A stretch of 63,436 nucleotides of DNA, the filler included, from Olpidium bornovanus S191 (lineage: Eukaryota > Fungi > Olpidiomycota): NCBI GenBank assembly GCA_017911155.1. It is 28 parts of 28 records of this genome, joined end to end, with 100 filler letters (N's around TTAATTAATTAA, not from the genome) between each part and the next. Parts side by side here need not be neighbours in the genome. Positions count along the whole stretch, not along the records: positions 21,641 to 24,036 come from JAEFCI010010605.1; positions 24,137 to 25,230 come from JAEFCI010001182.1; positions 25,331 to 26,469 come from JAEFCI010006469.1; positions 26,570 to 29,557 come from JAEFCI010011428.1; positions 29,658 to 31,365 come from JAEFCI010012016.1; positions 31,466 to 33,799 come from JAEFCI010007135.1; positions 33,900 to 36,975 come from JAEFCI010001650.1; 21 more parts are not named here. One strand, written 5' to 3'. This document shows, piece by piece, positions 23,501 to 33,905 of this stretch; the stretch's first letter is position 1, and every line of letters starts with the position of its first letter. The notes beneath the pieces are model-generated. The model made no database searches. It saw only the letters and a list, made by a program, of their open reading frames with translations, and was not told the DNA's origin. The position numbers and the translations under genes are program-made.

Positions 23501-25330
23501 TTTTCTTTTTAGCAATACAAGGACGCCGCCATTTCGCGTGTGCCTGTTCCCTTCGTTCTTTGGAGTTGAATGGCTTTTCCCGGGGTTCCGTGCGCCGTCG
23601 TGAAACATCGTAGCGAGATCCTTTTTCAGCGGTGTGGAAACTGGTACTTTGGCCAGCGGTAATGCAAATGTCTGCTGTAGAAGCCTACGCGTACAAAATG
23701 CAAACCTCTTTGTGCCGCGCTCATTCTTGGGCAAGCGTTCGCGGACCACTTTTGTCTGTTCTACCATGTCGCGGGCGTTGCACATTCTGCGCGTTGCGTC
23801 ATGCGTCATATGTTTGTCATTGTTCCCGTCACGATTTCAAATGCTTCCTTTTTTCATATCTGTATTTTGGTCCCCGCGCACCAAAACAATTTGATCTGGT
23901 TGTGGGTAAATGGCTGGTAAAACGGAAGCCTTGACAAGGCTCACCGGTCTCCATGTATCTTATGCCTGCTGACATCAATGAATAACTGCTCTCGCTGCGT
24001 CTTCGTACACGCGCAGGATGTGGTACCAGACTACGGNNNNNNNNNNNNNNNNNNNNNNNNNNNNNNNNNNNNNNNNNNNNTTAATTAATTAANNNNNNNN
24101 NNNNNNNNNNNNNNNNNNNNNNNNNNNNNNNNNNNNATATTACACTGGTATTCTATTTCCCTCGCGAATTCGTTGGTAGCGAGTTAGGATTGAAACATAT
24201 AATATATATATACATATTACTAGTAGTAATAATCCGTTAGGTATAAATACTAACATGCAGCCGCTGAAGTTCGCGAACAACTGCTGATCTCTTCAACGAT
24301 TTTTGTGCCGGTTCATGGTACACGCAAAATGATCGGCTTGCGAAAGCTCTCATGCCCCTCGTGGGAGGAAGAGGCGGGGTCTATATTACTCGCTTCATGC
24401 GTGAGGAAGCGCTGTTGTGGGAGGTGGTGGAAGGACGCGGCGGACAACGGGCGGAAAAATTCCAAAACTAGTGCAAGCGTATAGAATCGTCGTTGCTAAG
24501 CAGTCCAAGCATTAAATTCCTGCGTATAGAATCGTCGTTGTTAGGCAGAAATTTCACCCCTTCTCGACGCGTTACTAGCCAGACGCGTCAGAACTCCTCC
24601 CCCCCCCCTGAAAAAGCGAGGATCCCCTCAAAAAATTCTCTCAGCGGGGCACACTCGATGTAACGGGCGCCCGTTATGGCGCGTCGATCCCGCACCCGTT
24701 GACAAGCACACAGCTGCGGAGTGTGTCGCCACGCAGCGCCTCTTTAGCGTCCGTTTGAGGAGGTGGTGAGACATCGACACATGGTCGTCGTCGTCGTCGT
24801 CGAAAGGGCGCGAAGGGCGGAGCAAGGCGGAGCGAAGTGGTGGTTTGCTTTGATCTGGTGAGGGTGAAGCGCAAATTCACCTGTGAGCGCACCGGCCGGG
24901 GGGGAGGGGGGGGAGGGGGGGGGGGTTTTATCCCCCGGGAGGCCGCACAGCCCACAGTGTAAGGGGCTCATCAAAGCACTTTTGGACATGACAACGGGAA
25001 GATGACAGTACACACGGTCGTTGGCAAGACCCGTTTCGCACTGCTTGCGTTAGACTGCTGTGTCAGGGCCTATAGTTTCTTTCAAGCAACGCACGGACTT
25101 CTCGCGACATACCGAAGCACGCAGGCCGCCAGCCTATTCAAATCCGATCCCGTCTTTTTTTTCACCTGCAAATCCTCTTCCTCCCCGCTCCCCATTCTCC
25201 CCTCGCACTCTCTATCCATTTGATCCATGANNNNNNNNNNNNNNNNNNNNNNNNNNNNNNNNNNNNNNNNNNNNTTAATTAATTAANNNNNNNNNNNNNN
25301 NNNNNNNNNNNNNNNNNNNNNNNNNNNNNN

Positions 25331-25373
<43 letters not shown>

Positions 25374-26024
25374 GCTGCCCGGCGAGTTGAGGCCGAGGCC
25401 TTACGCCGTCGCGTGGTGGGAGGCCAAAACATTGTTGGTCGACACGGAAAAGCTGATTGGACAGCTGAACCGAACGAAGTGGGCGAGGCGCGGCCGGGGT
25501 CGGTAGTGGAGGCTTCCGGCCTCGTAATCCCGACGCTGGACTACTGAACCTAGATGTTCTTCCACGTCTTCGTTTCGTTTCAGTGATCCGGGTTGCCCTC
25601 TGCCCTTCCTCGCGCTCCTTTCTTCGTGATCAGTGAACGTATCCTGTCAAAATGGGTTGTCCACAGACGACATCGTTGACAGCGCCGTATAAAATGAAGA
25701 ACGAAATAGATAGAACGAAGGCAAAAGTGGCGGGCAAAAAGGAATGCCTTCGCTGATCCCGTCATGGACACCGGCTAGCGCAGACGGTGCTATCGCCGGC
25801 CGCGCTGCCGGTCCCGCAGTGAATATTGTTTAGCCCCGTCGAAGCCGGGCGGTCCCCGCGGCTTTTGACGGTGCGAACGTCCGTGCCGGCGCAATGTTAA
25901 GTCTGCACCAGGGATATGACGCGGACTGAGTTCGAAAGCAAAGACGGTACCTGATTTTTGAACTTTAGCCGATCTGCCGCAAGAGGCCTTCCACGGTCTG
26001 TTTTCGAATTTTTCCTCTTTCCGG

Positions 26025-26062
<38 letters not shown>

Positions 26063-26378
26063 AGTTCTCGGCCGTCATTGCTTCAACCTTAGTATCTGGC
26101 GAACTGGCATCACCATCAGCGTGACGGTTTCGCTTTTTGCTGACAAATTTTGGTGCTCTGAAGAGACGGAGCAATCTTGGAGCGGCTGACGGACCAATCC
26201 CTGCCGTATTTGGCCCCTTCGTGTGACGTTGTGGCCGGCGAAAAACATAACGGCCTCCCCCCCAGCTGTTACGATGAGCACCACTTACAAAAAATAAACC
26301 GCAATGTACCCGGGAGTACTCCGTTTTCTATGGATGATATATTGCATAAATTTGTCAACTGGGCGGCCAGAAACATCT

Positions 26379-26469
26379 TCACAGCCGAGCAGCCTTGCTT
26401 TCTGTCTCGTAAATGATGAGACGCCAAAGCTTAACGACGAACACTTCCGCCTCGTCCGGCTCCAGCATG
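26379..26469 (-). CDS. RBM25: RBM25/Snu71 PWI-domain C-terminal fragment (too short for the ORF track)
   Basis: MLEPDEAEVFVVKLWRLIIYETESKAARL*, compared with the recalled RBM25 C-terminus LDEEAEVFIVKMWRLLIYETEAKK. Confidence 0.85.
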
Positions 26470-28018
26470 NNNNNNNNNNNNNNNNNNNNNNNNNNNNNNN
26501 NNNNNNNNNNNNNTTAATTAATTAANNNNNNNNNNNNNNNNNNNNNNNNNNNNNNNNNNNNNNNNNNNNCCCGACGATACCGCCAGGATCCCGCCGAGGG
26601 GGGGCGGTGAGGTCCATTTCCACCTCTCCTCGTCGGCAGAATTCCTAATACAAACAGGAACCAATAAAAAAAATGATCAGATCCTTCATGCGGAAATGGA
26701 TAAAATTGCCCAAAATCTGGATTATCGACTAAAATTTACTTACTGGTCGGATATCGTCGGATCCGAAAGAGTGGTGGCGGTGGCGGTGTTGCGGGCGAGG
26801 ATACCGGCGGCCGCGCAGGCGGGGGCGCCGGCGGCGGGGGCCGGACGGGCTGGGCGGCGGCGGCGCGGGCGGGCGTGCCGGCGACGCTCCGATTTCTGCT
26901 TAACGTCAAAATGCCGCTGCGCCCGAAAGCCGTTGGCGCTGCGCGGCGGCTTCTTTGAACTCCCGGGCGGCACAGAACGCGCACGGCGGGAGTGCCTCCA
27001 GTGCACGAGGCGGTCGTGCTCGACAACGGCGCCCAGGGCCATACTGGTTTTCGCGGAAGGCGGCGAAGTTCGGGTTGGGGGGAGGGAGGGAAAGAGAAAG
27101 AGGGGGGGGGGGGGGGGGGGGGGGGAAAGGGGAGGGGGGGGGGGGGGGGTGAGGGTCAGTCAAGGCGACCGGCGAGCTTCCTCTTGACCCGTCAGAACGG
27201 ACCCGCCGGGGCGGCGAAAAAAAGGGAAAACCGGGTGAAGAAGGAAAGAGACGCGCGTCGCAGAACCGCCGGCGCGCCGAGGGGAAGGAAAGGGAACAGG
27301 GGGAGAAAAAAGGAAAGAGGGCGGGTGAAACTTACCCTGGGAGGGCCTCCCCGGGTTGTCGCAACGCGGCACGGGCCGCGGCCCGAGCTTGCGGGGGGGC
27401 CGCCCTCGAGAGCACGACCACTTGCTCGTCGTGGGAGAGAGCGGCTTTTCGGCCTGCAGGGAAGGCGGGCGGTGCCTACGCGGTGCCACAGTCCGCTCTT
27501 TTCGGTCCTCTCACGTACTTTTTGTGTGTGCGTGTGGATTGTTTTTTTTTTCTGTTCTGCTGTTCTTTCAGTTTCGGCAGCCAAAGCGAGCGGGAGGTGT
27601 CTCAGACCCAACCGCCGGTAACTTTTTCACCAAATGTCCCGCCGGACAGGAAAGAGGTACCCGCGAGCAGAGGGTGCTCGCGGTACACGAGGGCTCGCGG
27701 TACACGGGGGAAAAGCGGCGCCGTACGTGCCCCCGGCGAAGAGCGGGGAAGGGGAGGAGGGAGAAGTAGAACGGCCGCGACCGCCCTTTTTTTTCCATAA
27801 CGGGCGACTCGCGTACGACGAGACGTAGGCGGAGATTCGCGGGCTCTAAATAAGATGACGAGCTGTCAAGCCGAGGGCGGGGAAGGAGGGGGCGGCGGCG
27901 GTGGGAAAGGGGAGGAAAGGGGGTGGGGTAAGTCGGGGAAGAGTGGCCGTCGTGGGTCTGGCGAGAGAAGAAAAAAATATTATACCGGCGTTTCCAAACA
28001 AAAAGTTCTGCAGCTTGC

Positions 28019-28112
28019 GTGCAAGACAAGAGGCCCTGTCGTGCAAGACAAGAGGCCCTGTCGTGCAAGACAAGAGGCCCTGTCGTGCAAGACAAGAGGC
28101 CCTGTCGTGCAA
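28019..28112 (+). repeat. Perfect 22-bp minisatellite, 4 copies plus 6 nt
   Basis: GTGCAAGACAAGAGGCCCTGTC at 28019, 28041, 28063 and 28085, then GTGCAA. Confidence 0.97.
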
Positions 28113-28226
28113 CGTTTCGTGCTTTTTTTCCTTTTCTTTTTCGCGTCGGCGACAAACCCCTCCTGTCCTGCGAAGGCGCGCGTCGCAGATAAGCTTTGCG
28201 GGCGGGGTGAAGGGGGACGGCGGCGC

Positions 28227-29443
28227 ATGCGGGGCCGCACCGGCGAGTTACTGGAGGTAAACTTCACAAAGCTGAGGACCGTCTCGCAGCCGCCGTCTCG
28301 GGGAGGGGCGGAGGCGGCGCAAAAAAAAGAGGGTTTTCCGAGAGAACGCTTGCGCTACATCCCCCAGCCGTAGGCCACCCGTGTCTTGGACGGGGAGACG
28401 CTGGAGCCCCCGTCGATCGCGGAGGCCCCGCCCGTCGCCGACGGCTTGGCTTCCGACGATGACCGCGATTCTGGCGACCTCGACGTCGTCCGCGACGCTG
28501 CCGGCCTGGGCGAGTATGCCTACCTGAGCGCCGTGAGCCGTCCCCTTTTCCATTTTTGCTTGGCGCCCGCCCGCGTTCGTCTTTTGCAGTTTTTCCTTTA
28601 ACCCCCCGCCCCCCTCCCCCCCCCCTCCTACCCCGCGCAACGCGCGACCGCTCATCGACATGCCCCCCCCGTCCTCGGACCCGCGCGGTAGGTTCGGAAA
28701 GTAGACGCAATGCTGCTCGAGCTCTCGGAAAACGTCGAGAGCTTAAAGATGCTGAACCAGAACTCCTTCGTTGCGGTCACCGAAGCGGACGTGGCGCGTG
28801 CGTGAAAAAAAAAAACGTCCGCCGCGTTCACGCTGATGTCGCGGGGAGTCTTACTTTCGAAATATCGATCGCCGTGGACTGCGTTTCCTTGCCGTCGACG
28901 GGTTCTCCAAACAGGGGGCGAAAGCGCTTTGCAAGTTCTCATAGAGGAAACGGACACCCTTTCCAGTCGGATCGGTCGCCGCTTGAAAGGTCAGGGTCGT
29001 TGTGCTTCTCACCGAGTAATATCCGATTTCCTTTTTTTATTATCCCGGCTGTGGAGAGTCTCACCCGGCAAAGCTTTTAAGCTCTGGAACTCCCTGGGCC
29101 GATGGCGGGGATGGCCAACTCGAACCAGGGTAACAAGCAGCTGCACGTGCGTCAATCCTCCTTCCCTCCGTTCGTCGTTACCGGCCGGCCGAAACCCGCC
29201 GGCTCTGCTTTCTCACCCCGCAACGCCCGACCCTGTGCAGCACGCGAGGCTGGCGAAGCACTTCCTAGACGTACGCGTTGAAATTTTCGTGAATTTGCGT
29301 TCGCGGTTGAGAAGCGCGTCACGGTCCAACGCCGCCCACACCGCTGGTGTCTGTGGATCAACAGCTGCTCACTAGGTACCGCAAGCTAGAGGGTGGCAGC
29401 CGGAACGCCTACGTCAAACGGCTCACGAGGCAATACCGAGTTG
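28227..29443 (+). CDS. Syntaxin (Sso1/Stx1-like) N-peptide and Habc region, about 7 exons, 3' truncated
   Basis: Exon 1 MRGRTGELLE (N-peptide-like). Later exons VRKVDAMLLELSENVESLKMLNQ, LIEETDTLSSRIGRRLK and HARLAKHFLD/LLTRYRKLEGGSRNAYVKRLTRQYRV resemble helix Hc (QHSTLSRKFVEVMSEYN...RIQRQLEI). Confidence 0.8.
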
Positions 29444-29657
29444 GTAAGTCATTTTCGGTCGCGGGGGGGGGGGGGGGGGGGTTTTCTGTTAACCCCCCCC
29501 CCCTTTCCCCCGGGGGGGGGGGGGGGGTTGGGGGGGGGGGGGGGGGGGGAACCCCACNNNNNNNNNNNNNNNNNNNNNNNNNNNNNNNNNNNNNNNNNNN
29601 NTTAATTAATTAANNNNNNNNNNNNNNNNNNNNNNNNNNNNNNNNNNNNNNNNNNNN

Positions 29658-31173
29658 AATAACGGGGGCCTTGTTCGCGTTCGCCCACATTATCAGACGT
29701 TTGATTGCTGCCCGGTCCTCTGGGTCGGCAACGTCCTTGAGCGCGTATTGGCTCCCAAGAAGCCCGTCGACGATCATGTCTACCGGAGAATCCTGTGGGC
29801 CTGGTAGCTCTTTGTACGGTGGACACGCGAAGAATGTAAATAAAGAAACCCCCCGGCACACGAGCGCCTCCGACTTGAAAAAAAAAAACGAAGGCGAGAA
29901 ACGAACCATCTGCAGAATTGTACATCAACCCGCCCGTCGGCAGAAATATCCGCCGTTGCTCTGCGAGAGTCTGGGCGGTCAACGGTGGTCGGGTCGCCGG
30001 AATGATGGCCCCAAATAAGCAGCTGACCTAACGCGGCGGCGGCCGTCTTTCCAGGCGGCCCAACAAACGTCTTTCCGTAAAAACGCCGCCCACCTTGACA
30101 GGCGTGCTGCCGACAACGCACGCGAGCACCTGACACCCGTGGTTCGCCAAGTGCCGCGCGGCGGCCATGGCGTAACTGCCGACCTTGTTGTTTCCGCAAA
30201 GAACCGCAATCACGGGCGCGGCGTTGCGGTTTTTGACGTTAATTCGTATGTTGCCGCCTGTAACCGCAAGGTTTCTGTTACGTTCAACGGCCCGTTCCCG
30301 CAACCACCAGCGGAACTCTACATCGGCCAAAAGCCCCGTTTTTACCCAACACCTTGAGCATCAGCTGGCAGACGCCTCTTCCTGCGTTCTCCATCATCTG
30401 ATCCTCGTTTGGACCCGTGTCCGTGACTGCCAAGAGGACGCGCCGCATGTAAGCATGCGCGCCATGGATCTGACCAGAATTCGCGTCAAATCAATCTTTG
30501 AGACCCACTGGCCACTCTTTCTGCCTCCAGCATCTGAACAGCTGTGACGACGGGACACTGCACGCCGGCGAACGTCCGAAGCCGCACTCTGCGGCCCCCC
30601 CCCGGGGATCTCGGCGCCCGCCTGCCGTTGACGGTTGTGTCCGACTCCTCGTCGTCGCTCCCCTCGGATCCGCTGACAGAATACGCGCCGTGGTCCACGT
30701 ACGGCCCGCGCGAATCTTCGAGCACATTCTCCGTCGGCGCCAGGTTGCGCTGGTGCATCACATGGCGAACCTGCCGCCTGCCCCGCGGCGTTACCGCCGC
30801 CGAAGCGGCCCCGTCGTCGCTTGTCGTGTCCAACTGCGCAAATGCAAGTTCATCGGCGAGCGTGTCCACGCGGGTCGCCGGTTGCCTGTCGCGGTTTTGC
30901 GGCAGCCGATTGTGATGCACCAGGCGTGATTCCGGCGCCGTCTGATCCTTTTCCTGGTTGCCCCACGGAATCCGCGGTTATTCCAGCCGAGACCGGCGAC
31001 GTTACAATTACGTTTGACGCGGACGCAAAGAACCGATCCATGCCGACAACTCGGGCAGACCTTAATTTCCGCGAATACTCTCGCCTTGTCAAAAAGACCC
31101 AAGTTCCGCTGAAAATCAAATTCTTCCTCAATGAAATGTCGGACGTCGTCATCTGCCCACTCGTGGTGTCTGT
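29658..31173 (-). CDS. EDC3: EDC3 enhancer of mRNA decapping (FDF + YjeF_N domains), partial
   Basis: EEEFDFQRNLGLFDKARVFAEIK (FDF); CPVVTAVQMLEAE; IAVLCGNNKVGSYAMAAARHLANHG; IVDGLLG...WANANKAPVI (YjeF_N). Confidence 0.92.
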
Positions 31174-31844
31174 CTAAGCGTCCCCTCCGTCCTAAAAGCT
31201 CGGAGGACCATCCATGATTTAGACAAAATGGCACTCCCTACAAGCATGGCCGTAACGTATACCACCGCCATCTCACCTGGAGATTGTTTAGCTTTTCCCC
31301 CATATTGCTACATCGCGCGATTCCGTCAATTTCGGCAATTGCAATGCTGGCGAGCGGGGCGGAGCNNNNNNNNNNNNNNNNNNNNNNNNNNNNNNNNNNN
31401 NNNNNNNNNTTAATTAATTAANNNNNNNNNNNNNNNNNNNNNNNNNNNNNNNNNNNNNNNNNNNNCCTGCCAGAAAACATGTCCTTCGAATCGATACAGA
31501 GGCCGGCATAGGGCCTCACAAGGTTTCGAGCGTTTTTGGCCGCAACTCGTCGGCCGGCAACTGCAAAGCGGTGTGTGGTTTCCTTTTGGTTTTTTTTTTC
31601 CCTCTTCCTGATCTTTTTTTTTTTTGTGCGGGCGTGAGCGCGCATGCGAGTGTCTCGTTTTCTGTGTCTCGGGAGAGAACGAACGGAGGATGCAAATCGT
31701 AAACCGCCCGCGTAATTCGGTTTTACGTTGAGCCCACGGCGAACTGACCGGATTCCGCACGTTTTTTTTTTTTTTTTTTTTGTTTGACACCCATTCCCAA
31801 CCACCCTCCACCCCCCACCACCACCGCCCGTCGTTCGGGCGCCC

Positions 31845-33020
31845 CAGAAAACGTGGAATCGCGTCTCCAAGGCCGCCGCTGGAGGCACCCCGCTCTTCAG
31901 CACGAAGCTGGACACACTCATCAAAGACACCGGGATCTGGTGGGGCCCCGCGAAGATCCCCGCGGTGTGCAAGCACATTGTCGCTACCTCGCCGAACACC
32001 ACGCGTTCGAAACAGAGGGTATCTTCCGGGTGGGAGGAGCGGAATTTCGCTCGCGGGCGATCGTGCGCGACATCAACGCGGGTGTGTATGCCGGGGGCTT
32101 CGCGGGCCTGGACGGCGAGCCGGTTGAACGAGGCGGGTGCGTGTCCCCCCCCCGGACAGCCGGACATGGCCCCGCCGACCATGGAGATGGCGGGCCTCCT
32201 GAAACAGTTCCTGCGAGCCCTCCCCGAGCCGATCATCCCGGCCCACCTCAACCCGGTGGGCCGGGTGATAGCAGAGCGCCACGACCCGGCGCGTCCCGGA
32301 CGCACCGTCGCCGCTCTGCGAGACGTGATCGCCGTGCTCCCGAACGCCAGCCGCGACATGCTGGCGTTCCTCCTCGACGTCGGCCGCTGCATCATCATGT
32401 CGTCGGGGGCGAACCTGATGGTGTCGGAAAACGTCGCGCCGTCATCGCGGCCAAACCTCGTCAAGGTCGCGCTGCAGACCTCGCCGTCCGCCGCCACCGC
32501 CCCCGCGGGCCGGCGGGCGCACCACGGCATTGCCGGGCGGGCGGCGGCGCGCCCCGTCCCCGCGGGTCTGGACGCGTTCGGCTGGGCGGTGAGCTGGTTC
32601 AAGCTGTGCCTGGACCACGTGCACCTCCGTGCCGACGGCGTTCCGGGTGACGGTGCGGGCGCCGCTTCGGACGGGTCGGCGTTGTTTTCGACGACCTCGA
32701 CGGCGGAACGGCAGGGCTGCGGCGGCTGGGACGGCGGCGTTGATGGCGGAGACGATGACGGCGACGGCGATGACGGCGACGACGATGAATACAGCGAGCT
32801 GTGGGAGGCCCGCAGCGAATGCGGTTCTTCTTCTTCGGCGAGGATACCGGAGAAGAAGCGCTGCGATTCCTTCGGAAGTGGAAGATGTGGAAGCGTCATT
32901 GAAAAGGAACCAAACGAAAAACTCAAAAAAAAAACCAAAGAAAAATTCAAAAACAGAACAAAAAGAAAAAGTTCAGAAAAGCAACAAAACAAAAAATCCA
33001 AAAAAGAACGAAAAAACTGA
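31845..33020 (+). CDS. RhoGAP-domain protein with apparent compensated frameshifts
   Basis: PLFSTKLDTL...KIPAVCKHIV and AGLLKQFLRALPEPIIP...NLMVSENVA...PNL lie in one frame. YLAEHHAFETEGIFRVGG (arginine finger) lies in the -1 frame. Confidence 0.85.
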   Translation, partial: QKTWNRVSKAAAGGTPLFSTKLDTLIKDTGIWWGPAKIPAVCKHIVATSPNTTRSKQRVSSGWEERNFARGRSCATSTRVCMPGASRAWTASRLNEAGACPPPGQPDMAPPTMEMAGLLKQFLRALPEPIIPAHLNPVGRVIAERHDPARPGRTVAALRDVIAVLPNASRDMLAFLLDVGRCIIMSSGANLMVSENVAPSSRPNLVKVALQTSPSAATAPAGRRAHHGIAGRAAARPVPAGLDAFGWAVSWFKLCLDHVHLRADGVPGDGAGAASDGSALFSTTSTAERQGCGGWDGGVDGGDDDGDGDDGDDDEYSELWEARSECGSSSSARIPEKKRCDSFGSGRCGSVIEKEPNEKLKKKTKEKFKNRTKRKSSEKQQNKKSKKERKN

Positions 33021-33275
33021 CCTCTGATCCCCATCCGGCACGACGCACACGCGCCCTACTCCGCCTTTTCCCGCCGCGTTCCGGCCTCCTTCCCGCCCCA
33101 CCCCCACCCCGCCCCCCGCGGGGAACGCGCCGCGTTTCTCGTACACACTCTCTCCCCACCTCTCTCCCATTCCGCTCCGCTTCTCACGCCCGCTCTAACT
33201 CTCTCCCGCTCTCTACGCTCGCTCACCACGCACACGGCCCGCGGCGTTTGTATTCCGCCTGGCTCAATGTCCGGT

Positions 33276-33660
33276 TTCCGGCAGGCAGAGCCCAACGCAA
33301 CCCCCCACTTCCCCCCCCAATCCCGCCGCGCTTTCGGCACCCAACGGCAAACCCCCCCCCACCAATCCCCCGGCTTTCGGAAGGCTGAGCCCAACCGCAA
33401 GAGCACCTGCGGGGCTTTGGGCGCCCAACCGTTTCTCAAGTTTTCGGCAGGCAGAGCCCAACGCAACTCCCCCCCCTCCCCCCAACCCAATCCCGGCGGC
33501 AGGCAGAGCCCAACCCAACCCTCCCCCCTCCCCCCAACCCAATCCCGGCGGCAGGCAGAGCCCAACCCAACCCTCACCCCCAAATCCCGGATTTCGGCAG
33601 GCGAAGCTTAACGCAAGAGCACGGTGCGGCGCTTCGGCGCCCCAACTCGTTTTTCTCACG
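33276..33660 (+). repeat. Degenerate GC-rich tandem repeat / satellite-like tract
   Basis: Core CGGCAGGCAGAGCCCAAC(G/C)CAAC recurs about 4 times near-exactly, with further degenerate copies, separated by C-rich spacers and CCAATCCCGG motifs. Confidence 0.8.
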
Positions 33661-33723
33661 TCTCCCGCCGAGACGGGCGAAACGGGGGGGTGATAATTCG
33701 AGAAACGCGGTTATCTCCCTTCC

Positions 33724-33791
<68 letters not shown>

Positions 33792-33905
33792 ACCCCCAGN
33801 NNNNNNNNNNNNNNNNNNNNNNNNNNNNNNNNNNNNNNNNNNNTTAATTAATTAANNNNNNNNNNNNNNNNNNNNNNNNNNNNNNNNNNNNNNNNNNNNC
33901 ATGAA

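Noticed and set aside
21641-24036. Several exon-like segments, e.g. HIDDHVTPSAQ/EDVALRVEPV (+) and AKSLANAQFGKALMVAIL (-)
   Set aside because: Strand and phase are ambiguous and no family is recognisable; not supportable without RNA-seq.
27010-27033. AVVLDNGA, resembling the actin/Arp phosphate-1 motif
   Set aside because: No downstream KxG or other actin-fold motifs in any frame of the fragment.
28019-28112. CRISPR-like appearance of the 22-bp and 27-bp repeats (also 24477-24548)
   Set aside because: The 22-mers are directly adjacent with no spacers; the 27-mer has only two copies; no cas genes; eukaryotic context.
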